The position numbers and the translations under genes are program-made. A DNA stretch of 64,000 bases from Trichoplax sp. H2 (taxonomy: Eukaryota): positions 62,001 through 126,000 of the forward strand of contig NOWV01000117.1 of NCBI GenBank assembly GCA_003344405.1, written 5' to 3'. Below, piece by piece: positions 14,630-28,440 of this stretch. The notes under the pieces were generated by a model. The model worked only from the letters and a program-made list of their open reading frames with translations. It was not told the origin of the DNA and did not search any database. Positions within the stretch are counted from its first letter, which is position 1, and each line of letters begins with the position of its first letter.

Positions 14630-16539
14630 TGCTATACTACTTACTACAGCTAGCGAGACTTACCTGGACTCGAGCAATCGCTCTGTCTTTCTTAACCCTC
14701 AACTCTTGGCACTTTTCAACCAGCAAAGTTAGGACATTGATCTTTTACAGCAGCCAGTAGGCATGGCAATTAAAACTGCGATTTATCCAGGTAAGGTAAG
14801 ATAGCTATGATGGACGATTTCGACGATCGTTGAAAGAGGATTCTCTCCTTAGTGGATGACAACGTTACCTGAGTCGTTGGTTGGTTGACGCAACGTTCTA
14901 TGAATGACTATAGGAAGCGGTGCTATGAAAGTATTGGCTTCTACAGTGTACAGTGTACAGTACTTGCGATTGCTACCAGGATTTCTGCAGCAAAGTTAGG
15001 ACATTGATCCTTTACAGCAGCCAGTAGGCATGGCAATTAAACTGCGATTTATCCAGGTAAGGTAAGATAGCTATGATGGACGATTTCGACGATAAGGTAA
15101 GATTTCGATGATCGTTGAAAGAGGATTCTCTCCTTAGTGGAGGACAAAATTCAACGGTGATACGTCACCTGAGTGGTTGGTTGGTTGACGCAACGTTCTA
15201 TGAATGGCTATAGGAAGCGGTGCTACAGTATGAAAGTATTGGCTTCTACAGTGTACAGTGTACAGTACTTGCGACTGCTACCAGGATTTCTACTGTATCC
15301 TCTTGGCGAAATCTACAGTACCGTACTGTACAGTGTACTGTACAATGTACACTAGACATGTACTGTAGTACGTACTGTAGGTTGGCATACTATCCTGTCT
15401 ATGCCACGCCATCTTGACTACTGTATGAATCGTTTTCATCAATTGATTGCTCAATGTCGAGAGCAATCAAGTGAATGAAAGCATTGATAGATAGTTTAAT
15501 AGTCGCCTTTCCATCGATATCATGAATTATCCATTCNNNNNNNNNNNNNNNNNNNNTGCTATACTACTTACTACAGCTAGCGAGACTTACCTGGACTCGA
15601 GCAATCGCTCTGTCTTTCTTAACCCTCAACTCTTGGCACTTTTCAACCAGCAAAGTTAGGACATTGATCCTTTAGAGCAGCCAGTAGGCATGGCAATTAA
15701 ACTGCGATTTATCCAGGTAAGGTAAGATAGCTATGATGGACGATTTCTAAGGTAAGATAGCTATGATGGACGATTTCTAAGGTAAAATAGCTATGATGGA
15801 CGATTTCTAAGGTAAGATAGCTATGATGATCGTTGAAAGAGGATTCTCTCCTTAGTGGATGACAAAATTCAAGGGTGACACGTCACCTGAATCGTTGGTT
15901 GCTTGACGTAACGTTCTATGAATGACTATAGGAAACGGTGCTATGAAAGTATTGACGTCGACAGTACTGTACAATACTTACGATTTCTACAGCAAAATTA
16001 GGACATTGATCCTTTACAGCAGCCAGTAGGCATGGCAATTAAACTGCGTTTTATCCAGGTAAGGTAAGATAGCTATGATGGACGATTTCTAAGGTAAAAT
16101 AGCTATGATGGACGATTTCGATGATCGTTGAAAGAGGATTCTCTCCTTAGTGGATGACAACGTTACCTGAGTCGTTGGTTGGTTGACGCAACGTTCTATG
16201 AATGGCTATAGGAAGCGGTGCTATGAAAGTATTGGCTTCTACAGTGTACAGTGTACAGTACTTGCGACTGCTACCAGGATTTCTACTGTACTGTATCCTC
16301 TTGGCGAAATCTACAGTGCCGTACTGTACAGTGTACTGTACAATGTACACTAGATATGTACTGTAGCACAGTACGTACAGTAGGTTGGCATACTATCCTG
16401 TCTATGCCACGCCATCTTGACTACTGTATGAATCGTTTTCATCAATTGATTGCTCAATGTCGAGAGCAATCAAGTGAATGAAAGCATTGATAGATAGTTT
16501 AATAGTCGCCTTTCCATCGATATCATGAATTATCCATTC
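14630..16539. repeat. ~0.9-1.0 kb direct duplication flanking an assembly gap, with internal ~270-340 bp and 30-bp tandem units
   Basis: Copy A 14630-15536 and copy B 15557-16539 both start tgctatactacttactacagc and end catgaattatccattc. The internal unit cagcaaa(g/a)ttaggacattgatc starts at ~14721, 14988, 15648 and 15989. The 30-mer taaggtaagatagctatgatggacgatttc occurs ~4 times at 15718-15830. Confidence 0.9.
15537..15556. other. Assembly gap (20 N)
   Basis: Run of n characters. Confidence 1.
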
Positions 16540-16588
16540 TTGTGAATTTTTGCTTTCTTTTAGACAAGAACTTTCAACTCTGTTAGCC

Positions 16589-19500
16589 ATGCTTGGAGAT
16601 AGTATTATGTGCGCCAATAGCTCGCAAGTTGCTATTCTTAATGGAAGTAAAATTCAGTTTTTTAATGGCAAGTATGTTCTCCATCTGCAAAGATACATTG
16701 CTCTAGTATAGCTTTCTATTTTATTTTTTGCCATATTGCAAGAGATGATGCTTAATATCTTGTCATGGTGATTGCTGTCCGCCATGGATATACATGAATG
16801 GACGAGTAGAAAGTCGACTCGACCAATAGCTATAGTACTGTCGGCTGGAGTTGACAGCATCCTTTTGAAGTTGTTATATTGATTAGAGCTGTTTTGAAGT
16901 TCTAGGGCTCTGCTTTCTGAGATAAACACTGATGGTGATGCAAAGAATAATCACAATAAGGCAATATGCTGTGCTTTATCATGGGATGGATGCTATTTTG
17001 CTAGCTGTAACGAAGTAAAATCAGTCAATCTTTGGAAATGCGATCGTAACAACTGGAGCATTGTCAGTAAAAGGTATATACCCGCATTGCAGAAATGGAC
17101 AAATTTAATACGCTCTTACTTCACGGTCTAGTCATTTGATAGTCAAAAATGAATACATTAATCTTGAAAGTACTTATGCATGCTAACATCTGATAAGAGA
17201 GAGAACAAGATTGATTTGATGATGCCGTAATTAAGCTTGCTCATTCATTATAATCCTTCGAGGAGTTCACTCCTAGCTCTTGTACCTGTAGTAAGCTGCA
17301 GCTACATTGTATGGAATGTTGCTTGAGCAACTACGGTTTATAACATAGATTACTAAATCACAGATAATTTACTAATCCATGATAATACTGTGCTCGTTCG
17401 CGTTATATCCAGTTATACCAGGTAATTTTAGTTCTTACACTAGACTTGGACTGTCCTACGCGTTACTGATTAGTTTAATTTCACAAGTACAGTACCATAA
17501 CACCAACAGGTGGCAACACCATGCTTGCAGAGCTCGTGTTTATTCAGTGAGTACGAATATAATGTCTAGGACTTAAGTAAATGTTGCAGGGTAAGATATT
17601 ACCTTAGTTACGTTATGCAATAATGTAGATTTTAGTTAGGACTGAGGCAAGTTGCCTTAGCCCGAGCGTTATGTCATTTACTTTCATTTCTTTATACCTA
17701 CTGTACTAGCTGCTATTCATTAATACGACTAGTTACTTCTATTTCAATAATACATACATCCGTTATATCTTTTCTTAGGCAAATCAGTAAGAGACCAACC
17801 TCCATTCTATTTACGCAAGATTCTAAACAAATTTTAATTGCTGATAAAGCTGGCTTCGTGACTAGGTATAGTAATAGCAATAGCAAAGTCAATCTTGGTA
17901 TTTGTTCAGGTTTCAACGTGGCAGCAATGATCTGAAACGTTTTTAAGAATAGTATTCCAATGGTAGATCAATGTTTTCTAACTTATCGAAATTGTTATAG
18001 CTACAATCAGTATTGCAAAACGTTCACAATCACACAACAAACTGTACTATTTGTACAGTAATTAGGAACACTTAGTAATAGCATAGCACATATCTTCAAG
18101 GTTAACGTTATATCATATAGACATGTACACGTGTTTTTTACATTGTTGAGATAGAGTCTGGTAGTTTATTCAGTACTGTTGGATGTAGCATGGAAAATTA
18201 ATTGCTTGGTACAAAAATATTATGAATGAATTTTGAACTGTAAATCGTAAGAGTGTAATCGTAGTTTCTATTATTTATATTTGAATACATGGCAAAGGTT
18301 CCTCAATAGTACCATAGTAATACGCTTATATTAATTCTTCTTTGAAATAATATTCCCTACAGATTATCAATTGATAATTATAATGAAGAAGGGGATATAT
18401 GCCTTGGCCATATTTCCATAATATTGTGTATGGTAGGTTACATTAATAAATAGAATCAGTTGATTTCGAAAATTCAAAACAGTTTCTCTAATTGCATAAT
18501 ACGGCACGAGGTACTATCGAGTAAAATTTGCCCTTTTATTTAATAGGCATTATCTCCTAATAATAAATACCTAATAACTGGCGATCGCGATGAAAAGATT
18601 CGAATAAGTAACTATCCCCATACTTATGATATTTCTGCCTTTTGTCTTGGACATACTGAGTAAGTTTACAATAAGGCTGAATTACCTTTGAATTTGTAAC
18701 CTATAGGTTTATGAAATGATATTAGGATAACTGTTCTATCATTAATATTTTAGATTCGTAAGTACTATAGCGATACTCGATGATGAATTGATGGTATCAG
18801 GATCGGGCGTAAGTTAGTTGATATCTGCTCCTGTAATTGATTCATGTTCATAAAAGAACGATGTCTCAATACTTTTCTAGGATGGAACAATAAAACTGTG
18901 GAACTATCTATCTGGTCAACAGTTACTGTCTGAAGACATTAAAGACTCATTACAACAACGTTGTAGTAGTTCTCAATATCAGCTGGTAATACCATAATGT
19001 TGAATAACTGTTATATAAATTATAAAATAGTTATTTGCACTTGGATTCTTGAATAAATCATAACAGCTTAACATTTTAGGACCTAATAGTAGCCAATATT
19101 GATTTCAACTTGATTTGACTTTTAAGAAGGAATGCACTGAAACCATCATTTCAAATATCTCTTACTGTCCGAAATATAACGTTGTAGCTATATGTTGTGA
19201 ACAGTGAGTACTAGTAGCATTTTATCATATACCGGATTTTAATATTTTAAAGCAGATAAAAATTGACATAATATCTGCCTGCTTCCGGTACGTTTTTATC
19301 TTATTATTAACATATAGTATCAAGATGGTTCTTCTATACCACATCAACAAAAATAATTTCGAATTAAATTATATGCAAGAAATTGAATTGATTGATGTTC
19401 CAATGAAGACATCCTTCATTAATGAATCATTATGGATATTAATTTCAAATATTGATGAGCCTTTAGAGATTTGGAATTTATTTAAAGATAGTTGTACTGA

Positions 19501-19911
19501 CAGCACGCATGTAAGCTAATAATATCGGTATATAAATGTACTTTGCGCAGTTTTACTATTTTACTATTTAATAAATCTCTTTCAATACACCTTTTAAACT
19601 CTAGAAGACGATTAAAGTAGAGATTGAACCTATAATTGATCCGTTGGCATCGGCATTGAAAGGTGATCATTTTCGAGGTTAGTGAAATGTTTAATCGGCG
19701 TCAATTTATAATTATTCGAGATTAATATCTTGGTTTTACGAGCGTCGTAATGATTAATTCAACATTGCAATTAACTAAATTACAATGATATACGTAATGC
19801 TCATCTTCTACATAATTTTTAGATTGCTGTAATGTTGAATCCTATCTATCACAAGTTAAGAGAAAGCGAATGGAATCTTTCTCAGATGAAATAAGCAAAA
19901 AGAGTCGGTAA
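16589..19911 (+). CDS. WDR4: tRNA (guanine-N7)-methyltransferase non-catalytic subunit WDR4/TRM82; multi-exon
   Basis: Exon 1 16589-16671 [28 protein letters not shown]; then ALLSEIN...[129 protein letters not shown]...FCLGHTEFVS is diagnostic of WDR4. The last exons and the stop (TAA 19909-19911) are less certain. Confidence 0.9.
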
Positions 19912-21572
19912 TACTATTTTTAATGAGATCAATTACAATGCTTCGTCAAAAGTATCTGCATTTGATACGACATTAAGATTTAGCAACATATAGTTTCTGT
20001 AGCTAAGTTGTGAATATCAAATTGTCACTATGACTGTATACAATCCACGACCTTATTGATGGATAATTGAATTAATGTAATAAAATTCTATTTTAGCAAT
20101 TTCGGTAAAAATATTAGACTGGTAGTCACAACTTGTAAGGATTTTATTATTAATTTGCCAATAAACTAGTTACTCTTTCAATTTTTACTTACAAATAATT
20201 ATACCTTGAACAAGTTGATGTCAGACGATTATAAAGTGAAATTATGAACTTAGGTAATACACGGTCTGACTTGATCCTGATGATACGCAGTAGTTTAATA
20301 TATTGCTGCTGCTACTCTAGGAACTGCACTATGTTATAATTTAAAAGCTACACGTGACTGTTAGTGATGTAACTGGCTTTATTTGTAACCGAAATCGCAC
20401 AGTACTGTACAACACAAGCGAGCATGCATACACACCCTTAAATGAGACTTAGCAATTTCAGAAGTGATCATTCTCAATCCCAAGTTTTATTGCGGATTGT
20501 TCGGTAAAAGTGTGAAAGCACATAACTAACTAGGACATTATGAATGAAGTCTGCACCATTGATTCTCGGTAATAGAAGTTTTAAACCTATACCAATGCAC
20601 TGTAGATCAATCATAAGACACAATTGAACATGTTTTACATTACTGTTAGCGTTACATCAAGTTGAAGGCAATATAACCATAATAGCACTTTGCTCAAGGT
20701 GTATACACATACGAAGGCAAGTAAATAACCTAGAATCAATTACAACTGATATTTATATAACCATATATATACACAATTAAGGCACTTTAGCTAGCCATTA
20801 GTGTAAGGAATGAGAAAAGAGATAAGCGCAATGTGCAAGGCAGAAATCACAGTAATCGAACTGGTAAGAATATTTTCAAAACCGGCGAGGTGGACTGCAC
20901 CTTTGATACAAATTCATCCAGTTTAGTCAGTTGTATAACTTACTATGAATTACAATGCCATGCTATCGCTGAATAGAAAGTGAAAATTGTCGAGTTTATG
21001 ATGCAGTTAACTTTGTGGATTATATTGACACAATATCATAGTATTCTGCAGTGTAATGATAATAACAATTCCAAAACAGAAGTTGGCAATAACTTAGCTA
21101 CAATGATCTGCGTGCATGCTATAGCTACGCCAACAAAACAAAATCTACTTATACCTTATAAAACTGCACAAAAAATTAAATTTATGATCAACTAGTTCTT
21201 ACTAGCTCACTATCTTACATAGATAAGCACTATAGCTGATAATATTTATCATATTTTCTGAATGATTCTTGTAGATTTAATATAGAATTGTTACACTATT
21301 TTGAAAAGTAACGTGCTGGTAATTAACGGGTCAAAATATGATTCCTTACTTTTACCGCAGAATACCATTCTTCGTGATCATTTAATAAGCCACAGCAAAT
21401 TTATACTATAATTAATCTACAATTTTTGGCCATACGATTACTTATTTGATTGTAATGGATATTGATATAGAAACAAAACGTTCCATCCTCAGTATTAGGT
21501 AACTGTACTGTTAACGTATCGTCGAAAATAAACAAAATATATTTAAGAATCACTATTAATTACAAGGCGCTA

Positions 21573-24500
21573 TTAAATTTCGCTTGGAGGAATTCTTTCA
21601 TCCTAGAAAATATGTTTAGAAAGAATTGCAATAAGTAATTATAAAAGAGTATGATAATCAGTTTACTCAAATACAGTACATATCAAGAATAGTCTGTAAG
21701 ATTTCGAATATATTACATGGGATCCTGGGGGTCGGACTATAGGAATTGCTGCCGAAGGTCTCTTGGCATTAAATTGTTGTTGTTGCTGATAAACTGATGG
21801 AATAACCCCACCTTGATACATCTAAACAACGTAATTGTACGTTTATGACTTAATAAAAGCGTTATAGGTAAAATATACACACATATCTGCAAGATGAAAG
21901 TAAATAATAGGAGCTCTAATAATACCGGATATTGTAAAGGAACTTGATTTGGCATTACTCCATATCTATAAGAACAATAATACAAATATTCACATAAAAT
22001 AATTTGCTTTTGACACTTGATAAACTGAAATAGAAATTTGAACTCATGATCTAAAAATCTGTGGATGCAAAAGCAGTAAAATACTTACGGAGGTCCATAG
22101 CCGATACCATGGAACTGGTGAGATACAGGTCCGGGTACATTTCCTCCAGACTGTAAATACCCAGTTTGTAGTGGTAATTGATTATATGGATGACGCGGAG
22201 AAAAGAAACCGGTTACCATTGGCTGCATCACGTTATCTGGAGGACCAGAACCCGATATTACTCCAAGCATTTCGTTTTCCTCACCTGCAGGTAAATAGAA
22301 GCACTCTGAATTCAATCTTGTTCTACAGGATTGACGCAAAGAATTACCTATAAAATTAAATCAAGATCAAAAAAATACCTGTGCTATTTACTGCAATATC
22401 TTGTTGAGGAACCATGACAATTTGATTGTTAACTATTTCAGGAGGTTGCTGTTCCTGAGATTGTGATCCTTGCGTATTGACTGCCCCTTGAAACATTGCC
22501 TGCTGTTGCTGTTCTATGTACGCTACGGAAAGTGAAAGAAAAGTTTCATATAACTTTGATTCATTTCTACTATGATAATCTATGAATAATGATAGGGCAT
22601 TTTTAATATAGTGTTCACACCTTGATCATAATAATTGCCAACTACCGGATGGGGCACAGCAGGAGGAACAGAAGATACAGTCATATTTTGTATTTGTTCT
22701 TGCTGCGACTGTGGTTCAGACGTATTTGCATTATCTGTTTTAACATTTTGAGAAACTGCACGACGTTGTGATGAATATCTCTTGGGTTTACTAGCAGCGG
22801 TAGATTGCGTGGGATTAGGAGCGGCTATATATGTCGAAATGGGTTCCCTGCCATCAATTTGGACAGTTAATTTTAACAAGCCGCTACCGGAATCATCTTC
22901 TACCGCTGTTGCAGTGATTTCTTTAGATTCCGAAATTACATTAATTTGTCCTTTATTAGGTTCTTGCCTATTTCAGTAGGTAAAGAAGATTAGGACCCAA
23001 TTAGAAAATACTGTAAATACAAAGGTATTGTATTTCAATACCAAATAATAATTCTTTAGTTCACATACCTGTTGCTTTCAATTACTTTTTGACTTTCATC
23101 ATCCTTTGACAATACTGTAAAATATGTAATAATTAGATTGATGAATTAGTTTGTATAGACTCTTCATTTAGTACGCTACCAATCTGTAGGTAAATATTAA
23201 ATGAATTCTTAGACGTACCAGGGATGTCATCACAGTCACTGATTGCTGTTGGTTCCTTCTTTCCAGGACGATTATCTGTACGTATTTTATCTTGATATTT
23301 CTCGTTTCTTTGTGATGACAGCTTCGTACTTTGATCGTAATATCGTGAGGGTCTTTTAGCTGTATCACCGAATGATTTTATATCTTGTCTATCTTCATTA
23401 TCGTAGGACCTTTGTGAGCGTCTAGCCTTTTGATTTCCAGATACTTGCCTTTGTCGGGCAGTTTTAAAATTAGTCGAACCTCTTTCATTATCGTTCCTTT
23501 GCGTTACAGGTTCAGCATCAGTATGATTTTTTAGATCATTACGGCTATTTTGTATGGTCGCTGTTTGCTTGGGTGGATTCTTATCTTTCACATTTCTCTG
23601 ACGACGTGCATTTCTATCAGTATCGATTTGACTATTACTACTACCATACAACTTATGATTATTACCAGCTCTGTTAGTATCAGCCTGCTCAAAACCATCT
23701 GAACTGTATCTATTAGTAACTTGTTCCCTCCCTGAATTTCGAATATCATTTACAGCAGTATCGTTGTTATATTGATTTCTAGACGCATAATTTCTTTGTC
23801 CACGATTTCCTCTACTGATACCTCTTCCATAACGAGCACCTCTTAAATCGTTCCTCGAAGTTTCTCTAAACTGTTCCGTTTCATCCCGCTTCCAATCCCT
23901 GTTTGTATCTCTTGTTCTATCTTCGCTTCTATAACTGCCTCTACCTCTACCTCTCGGTCTACCTCTACCTCTGTTTCCTTGTCTATCTCTCCTCTCGAAA
24001 TCACTTTAACGTTAAATATTTTAGTGCATATTAATTTAATGTTAAAAATTAACTACTTTTTAAAGCAAATTAACCCATTTTTCTGACTTACTCGTATTCC
24101 TGCCAGTCTCTCCTACTACCTTGTCTTGCTTTGGAATCATAATTAGCGTATTCACCAGGCTTCTATATTAATTTCCCATAAGATTAGAATCAATTTTGGT
24201 AAGAATGCTTAGAAAATAAACGTACAAATCCCTACCGAGCTAGCTATCTTTGGGCCTTGCTTATCAAGGATGAATAAATCGTGCTCCCACCGTTCTTCTC
24301 CCCGTGGTTGCCGACGGCGTGTAGGTCTATAAAAAAATACTTACTCAGCGCAAATATCTATCGCTTCATAAAAATAGGATCATTACTGAGAGGTTATTCT
24401 ATTTACTTTAACGTATTTGATTCATCTTGATCTTTATCGCTGTCTTCATCACTTGTTAGCGCCCTATCATCATGCTCGTAGTATCGTTTATCTTTTGGAA

Positions 24501-25857
24501 CAAAAGCAGGGCCTTTTTTTTCCTCTTCCGCACCCGATTCCTCCTTTACGTCGCTTTGATCTTCAGAATCTTCCCCGTCAGTATTCTCACTACCATTTAT
24601 ACTATTCTCTAATTCGGACTGGCTACTATTATCCTTGACGCTATTATCACCTTCGTTATCTTCTTTATTACCTTCTGCCTCATTGGAATTTGCGATGTTA
24701 CTATTTTGTTCTATTTCGCTATTGTTATCTGATCCATCGTGCGTTTCCCTTTCAACTTTATCGATATCTTCACTCTAAGTATATACCAAAATATAAATAC
24801 GATTTTCAGTGCTTTCTATTGCTAACGAAATTTGCTTACATGACGATATAATTAACGAATTCATGTAAAACAACGTATGTAGAGTAGTGTATATAACAAC
24901 AACATACAGTATAGTACTGATCACGGGTACGTAGGTGGGCATTTTTTATTACGATACAATAGCAACTATGATCATCTTATGGTAGAATGTAAGTATCAAC
25001 TTTGACATACTTCGTAACTATCTAAACAATGAATGCATCGATCCTCCTAGATACATATTTTCAGTAGTATAACTGCAGTACTCGACGTTGTTTTTATGGC
25101 TTAAGGTTATGAAACTGTGTTACTGTTAAAATCTAAATCTCTACTCATAATTTAAAAAAATTTTAGTAAAGGTAAATAATATTTAAATAACTCACTTCTA
25201 TACGACAAAACTTGGGTAAGTTATTCAAACATATTTATTATAGAACAACTGCTCATTTATTTTTCACAATATCGAGTGGTTTTTACTTTTAAAAGTTTCA
25301 TTTATTTTTTTATTAGATTTACAAACCTTTGGTTCAGTCTCTTGATTGTTACTTTCATCTACCTGATCAGCACCGTCATGACTTTCTGCTGTCAAGATAA
25401 AATTTTCAATTAATCAACAGTTTCGTCAATAATAACGATCCATTAATAAAAGTACAAGCTGGAACTTTTGTTAACCTCACCAGCTAACGATCATTGCGAA
25501 TATATTTAACTGATATTTCTAGCTTATCCTGTACGCTCAATTATATGTACAGTCAGTAGTACTTTATTTCACACCTTACTAGGTAACGTTTTATATTTTC
25601 GTATTCGACTTTACTACGAGAACAACTGTAGGTATGTAGAATATCTTTCAAGTTTGTTTTAATTAGGTTAAAGTATGTTTAACATATAGTGTTAGTGAAA
25701 TAATTACTAAATAGAATATAAAAGCTCACTTTCAGTATTAATTTAGAGTCCATACAATATTAAATCGCAGTTTCATGAGTAACTGGTTCAATACTACTTG
25801 GATAAGCATCATCTTACCTATATTTTCAGGATTAGTTGTTTCAATATGCTCTTCTAG
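21573..25857 (-). CDS. CASC3: CASC3/MLN51/Barentsz exon-junction-complex core protein; multi-exon; 5' end uncertain (may extend to ~26600)
   Basis: An acidic N-terminal region is followed by the Btz/SELOR-like motif KGPAFVPKDKRYYEHDDR...RRQPRGEERWEHDLFILDKQGPK (24235-24530), an RG-repeat segment (~23935-23975), a Q/P-rich C-terminus and KRPSAAIPIVRPP|DERIPPSEI* (TAA 21575-21573). Confidence 0.8.
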
Positions 25858-26720
25858 CTGTTTTGTTATCCCAAAAATGAAAGAAGATTTGAGTTTAAGT
25901 ACTCAACGTTATTGTATTACGTGCAATAGAATTGATAACAGGTGCAGTGTATAATGCAATTTTAAGATCAGACTTTAAATTTAATTTCTGTCTTTAACGC
26001 TACAATCCATCCTGAGAGATACTCGAAATTATTCCTAAATCACAAGCTATAATACTGAGGAGATGTGAAGTAAAATATGGTGTAAGCAATGAATTGATTG
26101 TATTGCTATTATCGTACAAAGCAGGTTTAAGTTCAGCTTTATCGAAAAGGTAGCTAAAGTGTTCGGTTCGAACTTTACTACAATAGTATCACTCCATCGC
26201 CTACAGTAGACGATATCAGGGCATTTAGTTCCGTTCCGTTGAGAGTAGGGATTTGTCAATGTTGTAAAAATGCTACAATATACTCGCTTGAAATCGTGGA
26301 TGTATATTGTACATCCGAAATAGTTTTCTAAATACGAATACAGAAGTCAATAAACCAACTGCAATACCGAATAAATAGTAGACGTATAAGATACTGTACA
26401 TATGCTGTTTAAGCGTTTAGGCAAAGACCACTACAAAAAAGAGGTCTTGTTTTAGTAGTCTATGGTTTAGGTCATATTTCTGCGTTGGTTGAAGTATGGC
26501 TAGAAGGTATTGTGGTAATCATTAGTCGTCCAGTCATACATATAATTTTACTTCGTTTGCGATGCATTCTGCTCTGACGCCCAAATAGTACTTCTACACA
26601 GTGACAGCAAATGTAGAGTATAGTATCCGGTCAAAGAATATCGAATCTACTGTATCTATCTCCTTTCTGAAGCAGTCCGTGATTTGCAGTTGTACAACCT
26701 CTATTCAATATGATCGCTTC

Positions 26721-27292
26721 CTTCTTTCTTTGCTGACTGCATAAAATGGAAGAATACAACAGGCGACTCAAGTCATGTCAAGACTCATCCATAACTGAAA
26801 GGTATAGTGTATTTTATATTCTTTTGATAGCCAATACGTATGGTGTCCGCTACCCTTGATTATGGTCTTAGTTGGCCATGATTGAAATGAATTTTTATGC
26901 TTTGCAACAGTTGCCAATGCAGAGTTAGAATATGGCCGCCTGATTGAAGAGTAGAGTACTGCATGAAGTTGGTAGTAATAACATCTAGTACGTGACTAAG
27001 CAATCTGTAATTTACACTTGTACAACCGCTATCCAACTTCCTTTGCTGACTGCATTAAATGGAAGAATACAACAGGCGACTCGAGTCATGTCAAGACTCC
27101 TCCATAACTGAAAGGTATAGAGTATTTCATATATTTTTGATAGCCAATACGTGTGGTGTTCGCTACCCTTGATTGTGGTCTTAGCTGGCCATGATTGAAA
27201 TGAATTTTTATGCTTTGCAACAGTTGCCAATGCAGAGTTGGAATATGGCCGCCTGATGGGAGAGTAGAGTACTGCAAGAAGTTGGTGGCAAT
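26721..27292. repeat. Tandem duplication of a ~255-bp segment (offset 313 bp)
   Basis: ctttgctgactgcat..aatggaagaatacaacaggcgactc...gagtagagtactgca.gaagttggt starts at ~26728 and ~27041; high identity with scattered substitutions. Confidence 0.9.
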
Positions 27293-28029
27293 CAACGAGA
27301 TATCTAGTACTGTATTGTAGGTGAAGAGCTATTGTTGCACAGTACTGCACTGTAGTAGGCAGTGGCGTAACGCCCGCATGCATGATATAGGTGAGCGTTC
27401 TGTGGCGACGTTCAATGATGTCAATGATGGCTTCTACTCGCTGATTCAAAGTGGAATACAACATTCCTTTTATTCGACCCAAGCATTGCTATTTATTTCA
27501 TTTCATTCTTTGCTACGGATATCGACAAGAGGATAGGAGTTGTAGAGAGCCAAGTCATATCGATAGGTTGAATTGATCAATAGTCCATGATGATGATAAG
27601 TAATCCAACTACAAGTGGATCAGGACACCCATTTGACAGTGATTGTCTACTTTTCCTTGAACTTATTAAATCAAGTCTATGATTGTTCTGTACTGTAGCG
27701 TCAAGTCGTATCACTGCAGCACAGTAACATCTTTTTTATAGCTTGTCATAACATTTTCAATTTTGCAATATGGAGTACATACCTGGGACATAGCAGTAGA
27801 TCTGTTCAGTCGGCTAAGGATAATTAATAACTCACCATCACTTTGAATTAAGGATAAAATGACGGCGACCAAGCAGTATCGCGTGATAAAAAGATCTAGC
27901 CGATTTGAATTATACGCGTATTAGAGCGAGTGTTTTAGTTTGTGCCTTTTACAACTGCCGGATACTTTGTACTCTAGCGTACTGAATTCTACTCGACGTC
28001 AGTTTTACGTTCACGACTTACATCACAAG

Positions 28030-28440
28030 TGTACAGTACAGTACAGTACAGTACACATTATACTGTACTGTACAGTACAGTATAACAGTTACAGTACTGT
28101 ACAGTACAGTGTACAGTACTGCAACCAGACACTCCTACAGTACTGTACTGTACTGTACTGTACAGTGTACTGTACAGTACAGAAAAAATTTTCACCAAAC
28201 TTCTAGACAAATGGAGTGATAAAAGTGGAAAGTTACGGACGGACGCCGTTTTCCTGTCTGACAAAAGTGTGCAGTACGCAGAAACAAAAGTAAGTACAGT
28301 ACTGAGCACGCGCGTAAGAACGAAAGATGATGCTATCGCGTATGCAAGACTTTTAACTTCATGATCATCTACAGTACTGTACAGTACTGTACACTGTACT
28401 GTAGAGTCTTCGTACCACATACTGTACTGTACTGTGTGCA
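28030..28440. repeat. Two (TACAG/CTGTA)n arrays flanking a ~190-bp CpG-containing unique core, between divergent CASC3 and SLC35G genes
   Basis: 28030-28180 reads gtacagtacagtacagtacagtac...tactgtactgtactgtactgtacag, and 28370-28440 is similar. The core contains ggacggacgccg and gcacgcgcg. Confidence 0.85.

Noticed and set aside
14656-14830. ACTTACCTGG resembling the U1 snRNA 5' end
   Set aside because: The downstream sequence lacks U1 stem-loops and an Sm site; it is better explained as a minus-strand splice donor or chance.
15718-15830. CRISPR-like appearance of the 30-bp repeats (and of the 41925-42535 array)
   Set aside because: The units are directly adjacent with no unique spacers, there are no cas genes, and the context is eukaryotic.
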